Shown piece by piece: positions 1-10,979 of a stretch of 64,000 bases of DNA. Numbering within the stretch: position 1 is the stretch's first letter; each line of letters begins with the position of its first letter. The DNA is from Hydrolagus colliei (taxonomy: Eukaryota). The stretch is taken from positions 82,770,001 through 82,834,000 of the forward strand of contig CM068745.1 of NCBI GenBank assembly GCA_035084275.1. Reading direction: 5' to 3'. The position numbers and the translations under genes are program-made. The notes beneath the pieces are model-generated. The model was not told the origin of the DNA and did no database searches. It was given only the letters and a program-made list of their open reading frames with translations.

Positions 1-160
1 CGGATAGCGGGGGATAGCCTCGGGGCATCTCTTTGAGATGTCTCAAATTAAAACTCCCCAGTTTGGTTTGGATACTCACCATACTCACCAACTCCTCTGT
101 TGGGGTTTTTTTTTCGTGTGTGTCGGACAACCCGGCAGCTGAATTAAACCAAAGTAATAA

Positions 161-200
161 TGATGATGATGATGATGATGATGATGGTGATGGTGATGAT
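161..200 (+). repeat. (GAT)n microsatellite
   Basis: Direct read. Confidence 0.9.
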
Positions 201-217
201 ACACTGGTGTTTTCCAG

Positions 218-344
218 GGGTCTCCGTTCAACCTGACAGTGAAAAGTAAATTCCGCAAACACTCCGGAGCCTTCCACTGCTGCACGTTCTGCTCTAGCCG
301 GGGACAGAAGGATGTCCGTTGTGGCTGTGGGGGAACGATGCTGG
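218..344 (+). CDS. TRIM45: TRIM45 penultimate coding exon (end of filamin-type domain plus Cys-rich segment)
   Basis: ttttccag|GGG...CTG G|gtgagt. Translates GSPFNLTVKSKFRKHSGAFHCCTFCSSRGQKDVRCGCGGTML(G), recognisably the TRIM45 segment GSPF...HCCTFCSSGGQK..RCACGGTM. Not in the ORF track in this frame. Confidence 0.9.
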
Positions 345-388
345 GTGAGTAACGTTGTTAGCAACTCAACAACAACAACAACAACAAC

Positions 389-590
389 TAGCCTCCTCCC
401 TCGCCTCCTCCCTCGCCTCCTCCCTCGCCTCCTCCCTCGCCTCCTCCCTCGCCTCCTCCCTCGCCTCCTCCCTCGCCTCCTCCCTCGCCTCCTCCCTCGC
501 CTCCTCCCTCGCCTCCTCCCTCGCCTCCTCCCTCGCCTCCTCCCTCGCCTCCTCCCTCGCCTCCTCCCTCGTCTCCTCCCTCGCCTCCTT
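389..590 (+). repeat. 12-bp tandem array (CCTCCTCCCTCG)n
   Basis: About 16 near-perfect units running into L2-tail sequence. Confidence 0.9.
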
Positions 591-679
591 GAAGAAACGT
601 TCCCAACTTCTCTCCATTTCCAACATTAGACAGTCGAAAGCATCGCCGGTCTCAAGACCCTCCTTTTGGATCGTGCCTT

Positions 680-1170
680 CTGCCCTCCCTCCCACCTCTC
701 CCTCCCACCTCTCTCTCCCACCTCTCCCACCCACCTCTCTCTCCCCTCCCTCCCACCTCTCCCTCCCACCTCACTCTCCCACCTCCCTCCCACCTCTCTC
801 TCCCACATCTCCCTCCCACCTCACTCTCCCACCTCTCTCTCCCCTCCCTCCCACCTCTCCCTCCCACCTCCCTCTCACCTCCCTCTCCCACCCCTCTCTC
901 TCTCACCTCTCCCTCCCACCTCTCTCTCCCACCTCCCTCTCACCTCCCTCCCACCTCTCTCTCCCACCTCTCTCTCCCAACTCTCTCTCCCACCTCTCTC
1001 CCCCACCTCTCCCTCCCACACCTCCCTCCCACCACTCTCTCCCACCTCCCTCCCATCTCTCTCTCCCATCTCTCTCTCCCACCGCTCTCTCCCACCTCTC
1101 TCTCCCTCCCACCTCCCTCTCACCTTTCTCTCCCACCTCCCTCCAACCTCTCCCTTCCACCTCTCCTCCC
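680..1170 (+). repeat. CT-rich low-complexity tract
   Basis: ctcccacctctc-type degenerate units; source of many spurious ORFs. Confidence 0.9.
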
Positions 1171-1257
1171 CCGAGTGAATTCAAACCCGGTTGTTAGTCG
1201 ATTCCCAGATCCCCTTTTTCCTTTCAATCTACGACTGACCGGTTTGTGGGACACTAC

Positions 1258-1388
1258 ATAGATTCATAGAATTTTACGGCACAAAAGGAGGCCATTCGGC
1301 CCATCTAGTCTGTGCCGGCTCTTTGAAAAGAGCGATTCAATCCCACTGCCCTGCCCGCTCCCCATAGCCTAATAGACCCGTTCTCCCT
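1258..1388 (-). mobile_element. CR1 3' end, same family as 7259-10271
   Basis: Reverse complement of about 10135-10265. Confidence 0.85.
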
Positions 1389-1730
1389 ACAGAGCCTTGG
1401 GACGTCCTCCCGACATGAGAGGCGCTCTGTAAATGTAATTTGGTTGTTTTGCTTGTTTGTCCTGCATTGCAGTTGGCTCTGTCCAGCCTTTCAGCCACAA
1501 AATACACACTCGCTCCACTGTACACTATACTTTATGAAGCACGTCGGCAAGACTCATCACGTCTTGCCGACGTGATGAGTCGGTTTGGGTCAATGCAAGG
1601 ATTGTTATGATTATTATTATTATTATTTTCACATCTTTTTACTAAAGACCCAGCCGTCCTCATTTAGTGCGACTCTGGCAAACTGCGAAACTCTTTTCTG
1701 CTTGTTTGTTTTGTTTTGTTTACCCGTCAG

Positions 1731-1879
1731 GCGGGTACCAGGGCTGCGGACACGGACACAAAGGACATCCGGGAAGATCACACTGGTCCTGCTGCGGGAA
1801 GCTGTCTGAAACCTCGGAGTGCGCTCGACCTTTCAACGGCAGCTTATACCGGAGCCTGGTGAAGACTGTCGCTCTGTGA
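1731..1879 (+). CDS. TRIM45: TRIM45 last coding exon
   Basis: tttacccgtcag|GC, phase 1 matching the previous exon. GGYQGCGHGHKGHPGRSHWSCCGKLSETSEC...YRSLVKTVAL* matches the TRIM45 C-terminus (GCGHGHKGHPG..HWSCCGK ... RSLLRTVAL*). Confidence 0.92.
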
Positions 1880-3189
1880 CAAATTGGGACAGTGGTTAGA
1901 GAAGGGGTGGGTGGGTGGGTGGGGTGGTTGAGAGTAACCACCTTATGTTCTTATAAAAATAGAAGGATTAGGGGTTATGGGGATCGGGCAGGTAATCAGA
2001 GTTAGGTGAGAAGATCAGCCGTGATCTTGTTGAATGGCGGAGCAGGCTCGAAGGGCTGAATGGCCTACTCCTGCTCCTAATTCTTATGTTCTTATGTTCT
2101 AAACTGCAAACTTCACGTTGTTTGTGAAGAATTTGCTGCGACTAGTTGTTCGGTCAGCGAGGATACTTTTGAAGGTGAAGATGTGATTTTTTTCACAGCC
2201 CCCTCCCTCACCCCCCCCCACCCCCATTTTGTTCCACCCCGAACTCTTTTACCTCCCCTTCGTGTTTCACCCCTTCCCAAACACTCCCCTCCCAGCCCGG
2301 GTCACACGCCTCTTGTTCAGCGCCTTGGGACGTCCTCCCGACGTGAAAGGCGCTCTATAAATGTAAATTGTTGTTGTTGTTGTTGTTGTCCTTTCGATTG
2401 TCCTGATGTTGGAACTGGAGAGAAGTTGGGAACATTTCTTTTAAATGTATTATTTTGAGAACGCGTTGGACTGGGAGACGAAGACAGAAAGAAGAACAAG
2501 AGGATTGTTGTATTGGGAGTGGAATACTTATCCCAATCCGACTGACGCGCTGCTTCGAGGAAACTTTTGACTTCGACTCTTGTGCTGCTGAGGATCTGAA
2601 GAGAGATGTGGTCAATGCGTTGCGAGCGAGAGACCTGGGTTTGATTCCCGGCAGGCAGGGCTTCACTCCACGCGTCTGATAATCATCTCTCCAAACTAAT
2701 TACAGTAATTGGTCATTTCAATCCCCGACTGTGGGGGACACCGCCGCTGTGCGCAATCGGCTGCCGCATTTTGCCCACGAATGTACAGTCAATTCAGTTT
2801 CCAGTATAGTCTGTGAAGCCCTTTTAAGACATCTAGAAAACGTGAAGGGCAAGATATATCGAATGCAAGGATTACTATCATTATTATTCACGACAAAACC
2901 CGGATCAAACGTCGTTTAAAGTAATTACTGCTTAAGGATTGGGAGGTTAAGACGATATTAGGTTTCTCTTAACAATTTTTGTGCTTATCTTAACTGGTCA
3001 ATGACGCCTTCATAATAAACACTTCTTCTGTTAGGTCAATGCATTTAACGTTCTCTGTTCACTCGACGCAAATCAAGATTTCACGTAGATTTCAAGCCTT
3101 GTGAGCAGTCAAAGTAAACGAGATTGAATATTGCACAGCGGAAGATTAGCGAAATGGGTGTTTTTCTTCCTTATTTCAACAATAGTAAC

Positions 3190-4060
3190 CACAACAACAA
3201 CAACTTGCACTTTCATAATAACCTCCGAGCCGGGTAGTGCCTCAGACTCTTCACAGTGACAGAGGCTGACTCCCAAGCCACAGATGGGTGGGGTGGGGGG
3301 CAGTGTGGGGAGGTGACCGTAAGCACAGTCGGAAGAGGAAGGTTTTCAGGCGGGACTTGAAAAGGGGGAGAGAGGGGGGGCACAAGGCAGAGGGACTGAG
3401 GGAGAGAGTTCCAGAGTATAGGGGCGAGCAGGAGGCCGGTGCCAATCGAGTGGAGGAGGTCGAAGAGGTAGGGAGGTGAAGTTAGGAGCGGGAGGGAGAG
3501 AGTTAGGAAGGGAGGGAGAGAATTGGGAGGGGAGGGAGAGAGTTGAGAGGGGAGGGAGAGAATTGGGAGGGCAGCAGAAGGCACGATCGAAGAGGAGGGT
3601 CTTGAGATCGGCCTTGAAGGAGGTGAGTGAGGGAGCGAGGTGAAGGGACTGTGGGATGGAGTTCCAGAGTGTGGGGTTAGAGGCTGAAAGCCCGTCCGCC
3701 AATGGTAGGGCAGGTCAGGGCAGGGGACATGGAGCAGACCAGAGTCTGCTGAACGGAGGGGGCGGGGAGGTTCATAGGGGGACAGCAGGTCAGAGAGATA
3801 AGTGGGGTGGGGGGGCCAGGCCATGAATGGCCTTGAAGGCGAGGACGAGGATCTTGAATTGGATCCTCTGGGGGATGGGGAGCCAATGGAACTGGGCAAG
3901 GGTGGGAGTGATAGGGTCGCGGAGCTTGGTGCTGGTGAGGACATGAGCTGCAGAGTTCGATGATCTGCAGCTTGTGAAGGGAAGAGCTGGGAAAGCCGAT
4001 GAGGGAGTGTTTCTGTAGTCGAGGCTCGACGTGACAAATACGCGGACAAGCGTTTCGTTA
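3190..4060 (-). mobile_element. Older L2 3' fragments (approximate bounds)
   Basis: HWLP/LRSADSG/GGRAF/LWNSLP/FKSRLKTFLF remnants. Similar fragments at about 2190-2390, 18700-18950, 21450-22075, 38270-38600, 40960-41370, 47760-48090 and 58030-58620. Confidence 0.75.
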
Positions 4061-4220
4061 AAGGGTAATTCAGAGAATTAAATCTCATTCCAGATATGGG
4101 TTAGTTCCAAACAGGAGTGAACTGCAGAATGTCAGAATTTTCTTTCGCACCAGTCACTAAAAAAGGCAAACAAAAATTGGTGAAAACAAATTCTTAATTG
4201 GGCGAAAAAAAAGAGAAGCT

Positions 4221-4250
4221 TTGCATTGGTTAGAAAGGAAGGAAGTGGTT
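4221..4250 (+). promoter_or_regulatory. Candidate proximal promoter of gene A: reverse CCAAT plus tandem ETS core with adjacent RUNX-like motif
   Basis: ATTGG at 4225-4229 and AAGGAAGGAAGTGGTT at about 4235-4250, roughly 100 bp upstream of the leader ATG. Motif match only. Confidence 0.35.
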
Positions 4251-4347
4251 TCTTGTCAAATGATCCTACAAGAGTCTCTCACCACCAGTTTGTCTCCAAA
4301 TTCTTGTGCATTCCGGGACGTTTGGCGCTGCTGAGGAATCCTGAATC

Positions 4348-4378
4348 ATGATTTCTATGTTGGTGATGCTTTCACTCA
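4348..4378 (+). CDS. Gene A exon 1: signal peptide
   Basis: ATG ATT TCT ATG TTG GTG ATG CTT TCA CTC A|gtaagt (perfect donor, phase 1). Spliced to the V exon it gives MISMLVMLSLSVAAG|LRLLQSP, a typical leader. Confidence 0.75.
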
Positions 4379-4615
4379 GTAAGTATGTCAGTTACGAATT
4401 GTATAGAATTTCAACTTTTCACCAGTACAGTACAGTATATATGCTACGACACATTTCACAGTGTTAGTATTACAGAGAGAGACAAGTGTTTGTCTACAAA
4501 TAGTCACTGTACGTACCCGTAAGAATAAAACTGAAACGTTTCAGCAATGGGGTCCCTGTTATATTTCAAGGATTATTATTATTATATAGTTGAATAGTCC
4601 TTTATGTTAATACAT

Positions 4616-5343
4616 TTGACTTTGAAGGTGGCAGGACAGGTAGACAAGGCAGTTTTTTTTAAAAAAAATACATGGGATACTAGGCTTTATAAATAGGGAC
4701 ATAGAGGACAAAAGTCACGAAGTTCTGACTGTACTCTATAACACTTTGGTTAGGCTGGAGTACTGTGTTCAATTCTGGTCACCACATTATAGAAAGGATG
4801 TCAAGGCATTGGAAAGGGTGCAGAGGAGATTTACTAGGATGGTATAAGGAATGAGGGACTTCACTTCGCTAGAGAGGCTAGGTTTATTCTCATTGGAACA
4901 GAGAAGGTAACGAGGAGACCTAATAGAGAGGTTTTTAAGATCATGAGGGGATTTGACAAGAGTAGAAAGGGAAAAACTGTTTCCACTGGTGGGCGAGTCA
5001 GTGACTTCGATTAAAGTTTAAAATAGTTTTTAAATCTTTAGATTTAAAATAGTTTCTAAAAAGAAGCAGAGGAGAGTGGAGGAGAATTTTTTTCACTCTC
5101 AGTGAGTTGTTGGAATCTGGAATGCATTGCCCGGAGAAGGTGGTGGTGGAGGCCGATTTGCTAACAGCTTTTAAAAGAGAGGTAGACGTTTATTTGGGGA
5201 GGACGGGTTGCGAGGTTATGAGGAGAGAGAGAGAGAGAGAGAGAGCTGGGGAATGGGATAAAATTGCTCTGTTTAAAGAGCCGGCACAGACTCGATGGGC
5301 CGAATGGCCTCCTTTCGTGCCGTAAGATTCTACGATTCTATGA
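4616..5343 (+). mobile_element. Decayed CR1 3' fragment in gene A intron 1
   Basis: Diverged match to 9585-10265, ending in an attctatg tail about 60 nt before the V-exon acceptor. Confidence 0.85.
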
Positions 5344-5402
5344 TGTGCGAGATTTACAATTCGATCAAAGTTCTGTGTCTCAATGGAACTCTTTCCCATT
5401 AG

Positions 5403-5759
5403 GTGTTGCTGCCGGACTAAGACTTCTGCAATCTCCTTCCGAGGTTCATGCCTGCAGGCACCTGACTGCTGAGTTCAACTGCACTCTCCAACTCGACGGC
5501 AGATTGATAGAGAACCCCAGTTTTTATTGGCACATTATTAAACACGAATCTGCCGACAGGCAGACACGAATTAATATCAGTCAGGCAACAAGTGGTCAGT
5601 TCTCTGTGTTGAGTCCCAAAGCACCCAATTTCCACAGCGTTTTAAAGATCCGTGACCTTGACCTTGGGGACACTGGCGTTTATTACTGCAGTGTTATTAT
5701 CCACCAGCCTTCACGCACCGCACAGGTCACCGGCAACGGAAGCCAGCTTTTTGTTGAAG
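5403..5759 (+). CDS. Gene A exon 2: germline-joined VJ-type Ig V domain (NKp30/CD28-family/antigen-receptor-like)
   Basis: ttcccattag|GT ... GAA G|gtaagg, phase 1-1, 357 bp. Contains FNC, FYW, LKIRDLDLGDTGVYYC and a J-like G strand TGNGSQLFVE in the same exon. Confidence 0.9.
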
Positions 5760-6892
5760 GTAAGGTTTTGCAAGGCAGAGGTAGAGTTCGCCGAAGAAAA
5801 ACAGGTTTTTAAAGCGCTTGCATATTGTATTATATAGATTATTGTCACAGCACGCAAAAGAGGCATTTTTAGTTACACTTGTCCATCGCACGGTTTGGCG
5901 TAGAGGCCTGTAGCTCTGTGGTTAGAGCACTCACCCACCCACACAATCGGGTTCGATTCTCGACAAAGTTTCCTCCCTCCACACGGCTGATAATAATCAC
6001 ACACGCGCAAAAAAAAAATTTGGTCACTCAATCCACGACTGTTACTAGGCAATTGGCTGCCTCGTTTCACCCACAAATATACAGCCAATTCACTTTTTTT
6101 TTACAGTATGTTCAGTGAAGCGCTTTGCGACGTCCAGAAGATATGAAAAACGTGATATATCAAATGCAAGGATTGTTATTATTATGTACTATTATTATAG
6201 AGTCTACCTTAGGGTGATCCAGCCCTTTGAAAAATATAATGCTTAAGAATTGTACACAAATCCTAGATAAATGCTTTTATCTTCTCAGGCTGTAGATTTA
6301 TTGGAAATATTAAATTTCACCGGTTTATGAAGCTAAAATTACATACTTATAGATGGGTTTACTAATCTGATTGTCATGATATTTATTATAATAATAATAA
6401 TCTTTGTATTTGATATAGCGCTTTTTACATCTTATCGACGTCTCAAAGCGCTTCACAGAATATACCGTAAAGTGAATTGACTGTGTATGTATATATATAT
6501 ATATATATATGTGTGTGGACGAAACATAGCAGCCAATTGCGCACAGCAGTGTCCCCCACAAACAGTCATGGTTTGAAATGACCAATTTTTATTGTTGTGT
6601 TTTTTTGGGTGGGATTATTATTAGGCGTCTGTATGTGTATGTGGGGTGGGGTGGTGGGGGGGGGGATAAGGAAACCTGCCCAAGGTTTCACCCTGATCTG
6701 CCTGGATTTGAACCCAGGTCTCATGTTTGAAAGGCAAGTGCTCTAACCCACTGAGCTACAGAAGCTCCATGAAGCTCTGAAACACTGTCTGGTGTGGAGG
6801 GCGCTATATAACTTGTTGTTATTACTGCTGAAAAGTTAATGACTGAAATATTGTATATGAATAACTTACTATTAAAATCTGTTTACATATAG

Positions 6893-6934
6893 GACTGGAC
6901 AAACCTCAAACGCAACAGAGCAAATCTATCTACA
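6893..6934 (+). CDS. Gene A exon 3: stalk
   Basis: tttacatatag|GA CTG GAC AAA CCT ... ATC TAC A|gtaagc. 42 bp, phase 1-1, (G)LDKPQTQQSKSIY. Confidence 0.7.
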
Positions 6935-7258
6935 GTAAGCCCTTTCATTATGTTTCTTATTTAGATTCGATTTGCAATTAATACTTCAATTAACGGAATG
7001 CATGTGTGGTCTGATGAAGATTGTGTGTTGTGTGTGTGTGTGAGTTTCTGTGTGTANNNNNNNNNNNNNNNNNNNNNNNNNNNNNNNNNNNNNNNNNNNN
7101 NNNNNNNNNNNNNNNNNNNNNNNNNNNNNNNNNNNNNNNNNNNNNNNNNNNNNNNNNNNNNNNNNNNNNNNNNNNNNNNNNNNNNNNNNNNNNNNNNNNN
7201 GCTCCGGCACTGTTGAGCGCACTGACACATTAGACTGCGTAAAAAGTGCTACATAAGT

Positions 7259-10200
7259 ACGGGCTTTAAACTAATCCCGGGGGGTGAGGGTGGGAAACTG
7301 ATCAGTAGTTCAAATACGGGAGGGGTAATAAGGAGGACAGGGGTAAAGGGAAGACGGGAGAAAAATGCAGAGGAAGTAATTTGTGCCTTAGAGTGCATGT
7401 ATGTAAATGCACGAAGTTTGAGAAATAAAATTGGTGAGCTGCAGGCTCAGGTGGCTGCGAGGCGATATGATGTTATAGCAGTAACAGAGACTTGGCTCCA
7501 GCATAGGCAGGAATGGGAGTTGAACATTCCTGGTTATAATGTATTCAGGAGGGATAGAGAAGGGAGAAAAGGGGGCGGGGTGGCAATTTTAGTTAAGGAC
7601 TCAGTGACTGCCTTAGAAAGGAACGAGGTGGAAGAAGGACTAAAAACCGAATCTATCTGGTTAGAATTGAGGAATAAAAAAGGTGCAGTTACACTGTTAG
7701 GGGTATACTATAGACCACCAAATAGTGGGGAGGAGATAGACAAGCAGATCTGCAAGCGTATCACGGAGAAATGCAGAGCTAATAGAGTAGTGATAATGGG
7801 TGACTTCAACTATCCCAACATAGACTGGCAGAATAGTAGAGTAAAGGGCAAGGAGGGAGAAGAATTCCTGAAGTGTGTGCAGGACAACTTTCTTGATCAG
7901 TATGTTTCCAGTCCAACGAGGAAAGAAGCATTGCTGGATCTAGTTTTGGGAAATGAGGTAGGGCAAGTTCAACAGGTTTCTGTAGGTGAGCATCTAGGGA
8001 ATAGTGACCACAATATCGTTAGATTCAGAATAATTATGGAAAGGGATAAGGAACGATCACAGGTGAGGACATTCAACTGGAAAAGGGCTAATTTCAATGA
8101 GTTGAGGTGGGACCTAGCCAAGGTGGATTGGAAAGAAAAATTGGCAGGTAAGACAACTAACGAGCAGTGGGCAGCGTTCAAAGAGGAGATAGTTCAGGCA
8201 CAGGTCAAAAGCATCCCCACAAAGGTGAAATGTAAGGCATCCAAACCTCCCTGGATGACTAAGGAAATCGGGGCCAAAATAAAACAAAAAAAAGAGGCTT
8301 ATGATAAGTGTCAGGCTCAAAATTCAGAAGGGAACCAAGCAGAATATAGGAAGTGTAGGATAGAACTAAAAAAGGAAGTTAGAGGGGCAAAGAGACTGCA
8401 TGAAAAACAATTAGCGAGTAAGATTAAGGGGAACCCTAAGGTTTTTTACCAACATATTAAGAGTAAAAGGTTGGTCAAGGAGAGGGTGGGGCCAATTAGG
8501 GACCTAGGAGGAAATCTCATTGTGGAGGCAGAGGGCATGGCTGATGTACTGAATGAGTACTTCGCCTCTGTCTTCACAAAAGAAAAGGATACAGCCAATG
8601 CCATGGTATTAGAGGAGAGGGTAGGAGAAATGGATAGAATAATTATAACCAGAGAGGAAGTGCTAAAAAGGTTGACGTCGCTCAAGGTGGATAAGTCACC
8701 TGGTCCGGATGGGATGCACCCTAGGTTACTAAGTGAGGCACGGGAGCAAATAGCAGGGACTCTGGCCACGATCTTTCAATCTTCCTTGGACACAGGGGTC
8801 GTGCCAGAGGACTGGAGGATAGCTAATGTTACTCCCTTGTATAAAAAGGGGCAGAAGGACAAGTCTGGTAACTACAGACCAGTCAGTCTAACGTCGGTAG
8901 TGGGCAAACTTCTAGAGTCCATAATCAGGGACAAGGTAGATCTTCACTTAGAAAGATATAGGCTAATAAAGGACAGTCAACATGGATTTGTTAAAGGCAA
9001 ATCTTGCCTTACAAATCTGATAGAATTTTTTGATGAGGTAACGGAATGGGTGGATAATGGTAGCGCAGTTGATGTAGTTTACATGGACTTTCAAAAGGCA
9101 TTTGACAAAGTGCCACATGAGAGACTTATTATGAAATTAAAGGCCCATGGCGTAAAAGGGACAGTGGCAGCGTGGATCCACAACTGGCTGCGAGACAGAA
9201 AGCAGAGAGTTGTAGTGAGCGGCTGTTTTTCAGATTGGAGGGAAGTGAGCAGTGGTGTGCCACAGGGATCAGTTTTGGGACCATTGCTGTTTGTAATCTA
9301 CATCAATGATCTGGACTTGGGTGTACGGAGTACAGTTTCCAAGTTTGCAGATGACACTAAGTTAGGGAGAATAGTAAATAGTGAGGAGGATAGTAGCCAT
9401 CTGCAAGAGGATATAGACAAATTGGTAAAGTGGGCAGACACATGGCAGATGAAGTTTAATGCAGAGAAGTGTGAGGTGATGCATTTTGGGAGAAGAAATG
9501 AAGGGAGGCAATATAGGCTAGATAGTACAATTTTAAATGGTGTGAAGGAACAGAGAGACCTGGGGATTTGTGTTAGTGACTCGTTGAAGGTGGCAGGACA
9601 GGTAGACAAGGCTGTTAAGAAGGCATATGGGATACTAGGCTTTATAAATAGGGGTATAGAGTACAAAAGTCAGGAAGTGCTGACTAACCTCTATAGGACT
9701 TTGGTGAGGCCTCAGCTGGAATACTGTGTTCAATTCTGGTCACCACACTACAGAAAGGATGTGAAGGCATTGGAAAGGGTACAACGAAGATTTACTAGGA
9801 TGGTGCTAGGATTGAGGGACTTCAGCTATGAGGAGAGGCTAGATAGGCTAGGGTTATTCTCTCTGGAGCAGAGAAGATTGAGGGGAGACCTAATAGAGGT
9901 TTATAAGATCATGAGGGGTTTCGACAGGGCAAATAGAGAAAAACTATTTCCACTCGTGGGTGAATCTGTGACTCGTGGTCACAGATTTAAAATAGTTTCA
10001 AGGCGCAGTAGAGGGGAGCTGAGGAGAAATTTTTTCACTCAGCGAGTTGTTCGAATCTGGAATGCATTGCCTGAAAAGGTGGTGGAGGCTGATTCGATAA
10101 CAACTTTTAAAAGGGAATTAGATCTTTATTTAGGGAGAACGGGTCTATTAGGCTATGGGGAGCGGGCAGGGCAGTGGGATTGAATCGCTCTTTTCAAAGA

Positions 10201-10271
10201 GCCGGCACAGACTAGATGGGCCGAATGGCCTCCTTTTGTGCCGTAAAATTCTATGATTCTATGATTCTATG
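7259..10271 (+). mobile_element. CR1 LINE, 5'-truncated but with uninterrupted ORF2
   Basis: 928-aa EN+RT ORF, (ATTCTATG)n 3' tail, ATAAGT on both flanks (7253-7258 and 10272-10277). Confidence 0.95.
7397..10183 (+). CDS. CR1 ORF2: AP endonuclease plus reverse transcriptase
   Basis: YVNARS, VTETW, GVYYRPP, MGDFN and SDH (APE); [10 protein letters not shown] and KFADD (RT); no stops or frameshifts. Confidence 0.95.
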   Translation: MYVNARSLRNKIGELQAQVAARRYDVIAVTETWLQHRQEWELNIPGYNVFRRDREGRKGGGVAILVKDSVTALERNEVEEGLKTESIWLELRNKKGAVTLLGVYYRPPNSGEEIDKQICKRITEKCRANRVVIMGDFNYPNIDWQNSRVKGKEGEEFLKCVQDNFLDQYVSSPTRKEALLDLVLGNEVGQVQQVSVGEHLGNSDHNIVRFRIIMERDKERSQVRTFNWKRANFNELRWDLAKVDWKEKLAGKTTNEQWAAFKEEIVQAQVKSIPTKVKCKASKPPWMTKEIGAKIKQKKEAYDKCQAQNSEGNQAEYRKCRIELKKEVRGAKRLHEKQLASKIKGNPKVFYQHIKSKRLVKERVGPIRDLGGNLIVEAEGMADVLNEYFASVFTKEKDTANAMVLEERVGEMDRIIITREEVLKRLTSLKVDKSPGPDGMHPRLLSEAREQIAGTLATIFQSSLDTGVVPEDWRIANVTPLYKKGQKDKSGNYRPVSLTSVVGKLLESIIRDKVDLHLERYRLIKDSQHGFVKGKSCLTNLIEFFDEVTEWVDNGSAVDVVYMDFQKAFDKVPHERLIMKLKAHGVKGTVAAWIHNWLRDRKQRVVVSGCFSDWREVSSGVPQGSVLGPLLFVIYINDLDLGVRSTVSKFADDTKLGRIVNSEEDSSHLQEDIDKLVKWADTWQMKFNAEKCEVMHFGRRNEGRQYRLDSTILNGVKEQRDLGICVSDSLKVAGQVDKAVKKAYGILGFINRGIEYKSQEVLTNLYRTLVRPQLEYCVQFWSPHYRKDVKALERVQRRFTRMVLGLRDFSYEERLDRLGLFSLEQRRLRGDLIEVYKIMRGFDRANREKLFPLVGESVTRGHRFKIVSRRSRGELRRNFFTQRVVRIWNALPEKVVEADSITTFKRELDLYLGRTGLLGYGERAGQWD

Positions 10272-10436
10272 ATAAGTTGTGGTAGTGGGGAGGGTGTATG
10301 TGTGAGGAGTGTATGTGGGAGGCTCTGTGCTTTGCTGGGGGCTGATTAAGGATGTACTCCACTTTATATAAATAGAAGTGTAAATATACAGTATATACAT
10401 CAAATATAAAGAAACATATCTGTGGTAATCACATGT

Positions 10437-10745
10437 GGAGTCCTGTGTCTCAGTGGTTAGCTCACTCGCCTCACGAGCGAGAGAGATCCGGGTTCGATTA
10501 CCGGCCAGGCCAGGTCAGGTCGAAACCTTGGGCAAGTTTCCTTACTCCACACACGGCTGGTAATAATCCCTCGAAAAAGGAACAATTAATTGGTCCTTTG
10601 TCAATCCACACTGTTTGTGGGGCGCTGCTGAGCGCAATCGGCCGCCACATGTACAGCCTACACATAGACAGTCAATTCACTTTACACTACAGTATATCCA
10701 GCACTTTGGGAAGTCCTTCTGAAGTGATAGGTGCTACACAAATGT
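10437..10745 (+). mobile_element. tRNA-derived SINE with L2-type tail (dominant family)
   Basis: A box (t)CTCAGTGG and B box GGTTCGAT, Deu-like core ctgtttgtgg..gctg..gcgcaat.ggc.gcc, L2-like tail. Other + copies at about 2605-2890, 5902-6185, 16352-16725, 19277-19760, 20128-20430, 23115-23365, 25720-26460 and 27770-28015. Confidence 0.85.
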
Positions 10746-10800
10746 AATGTTTTCTGTCTGTGTGTCTGTGTCTGTGTCTGTGTGTGTGTGTGTGTCTGTC

Positions 10801-10832
<32 letters not shown>

Positions 10833-10979
10833 GAGTGCCTGTTCAGGGCCTTGGGATGTGAAAGGCGTTCTATCAAAGTAATGTTGTGATTGTTGCTGTG
10901 CGTGGAGTTGTGTAAGTGAGATCGAGAGAGTAATGTGGAATCCCATTTCTAATCTGCTGTTTTTTTTTCATCTCTGCAG

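Noticed and set aside
389-590. CRISPR-like array
   Set aside because: No spacers and a eukaryotic context; this is a simple tandem repeat.
312-1197. Long ORFs (LPRL/ASSL repeats, Pro/Ser-rich)
   Set aside because: Translations of a 12-bp tandem array and a CT-rich tract inside a TRIM45 intron.
4457-4495. CACAGTG heptamer near the gene A leader as a possible RSS
   Set aside because: No nonamer at 12- or 23-nt spacing, and the V exon already includes its J-like strand.
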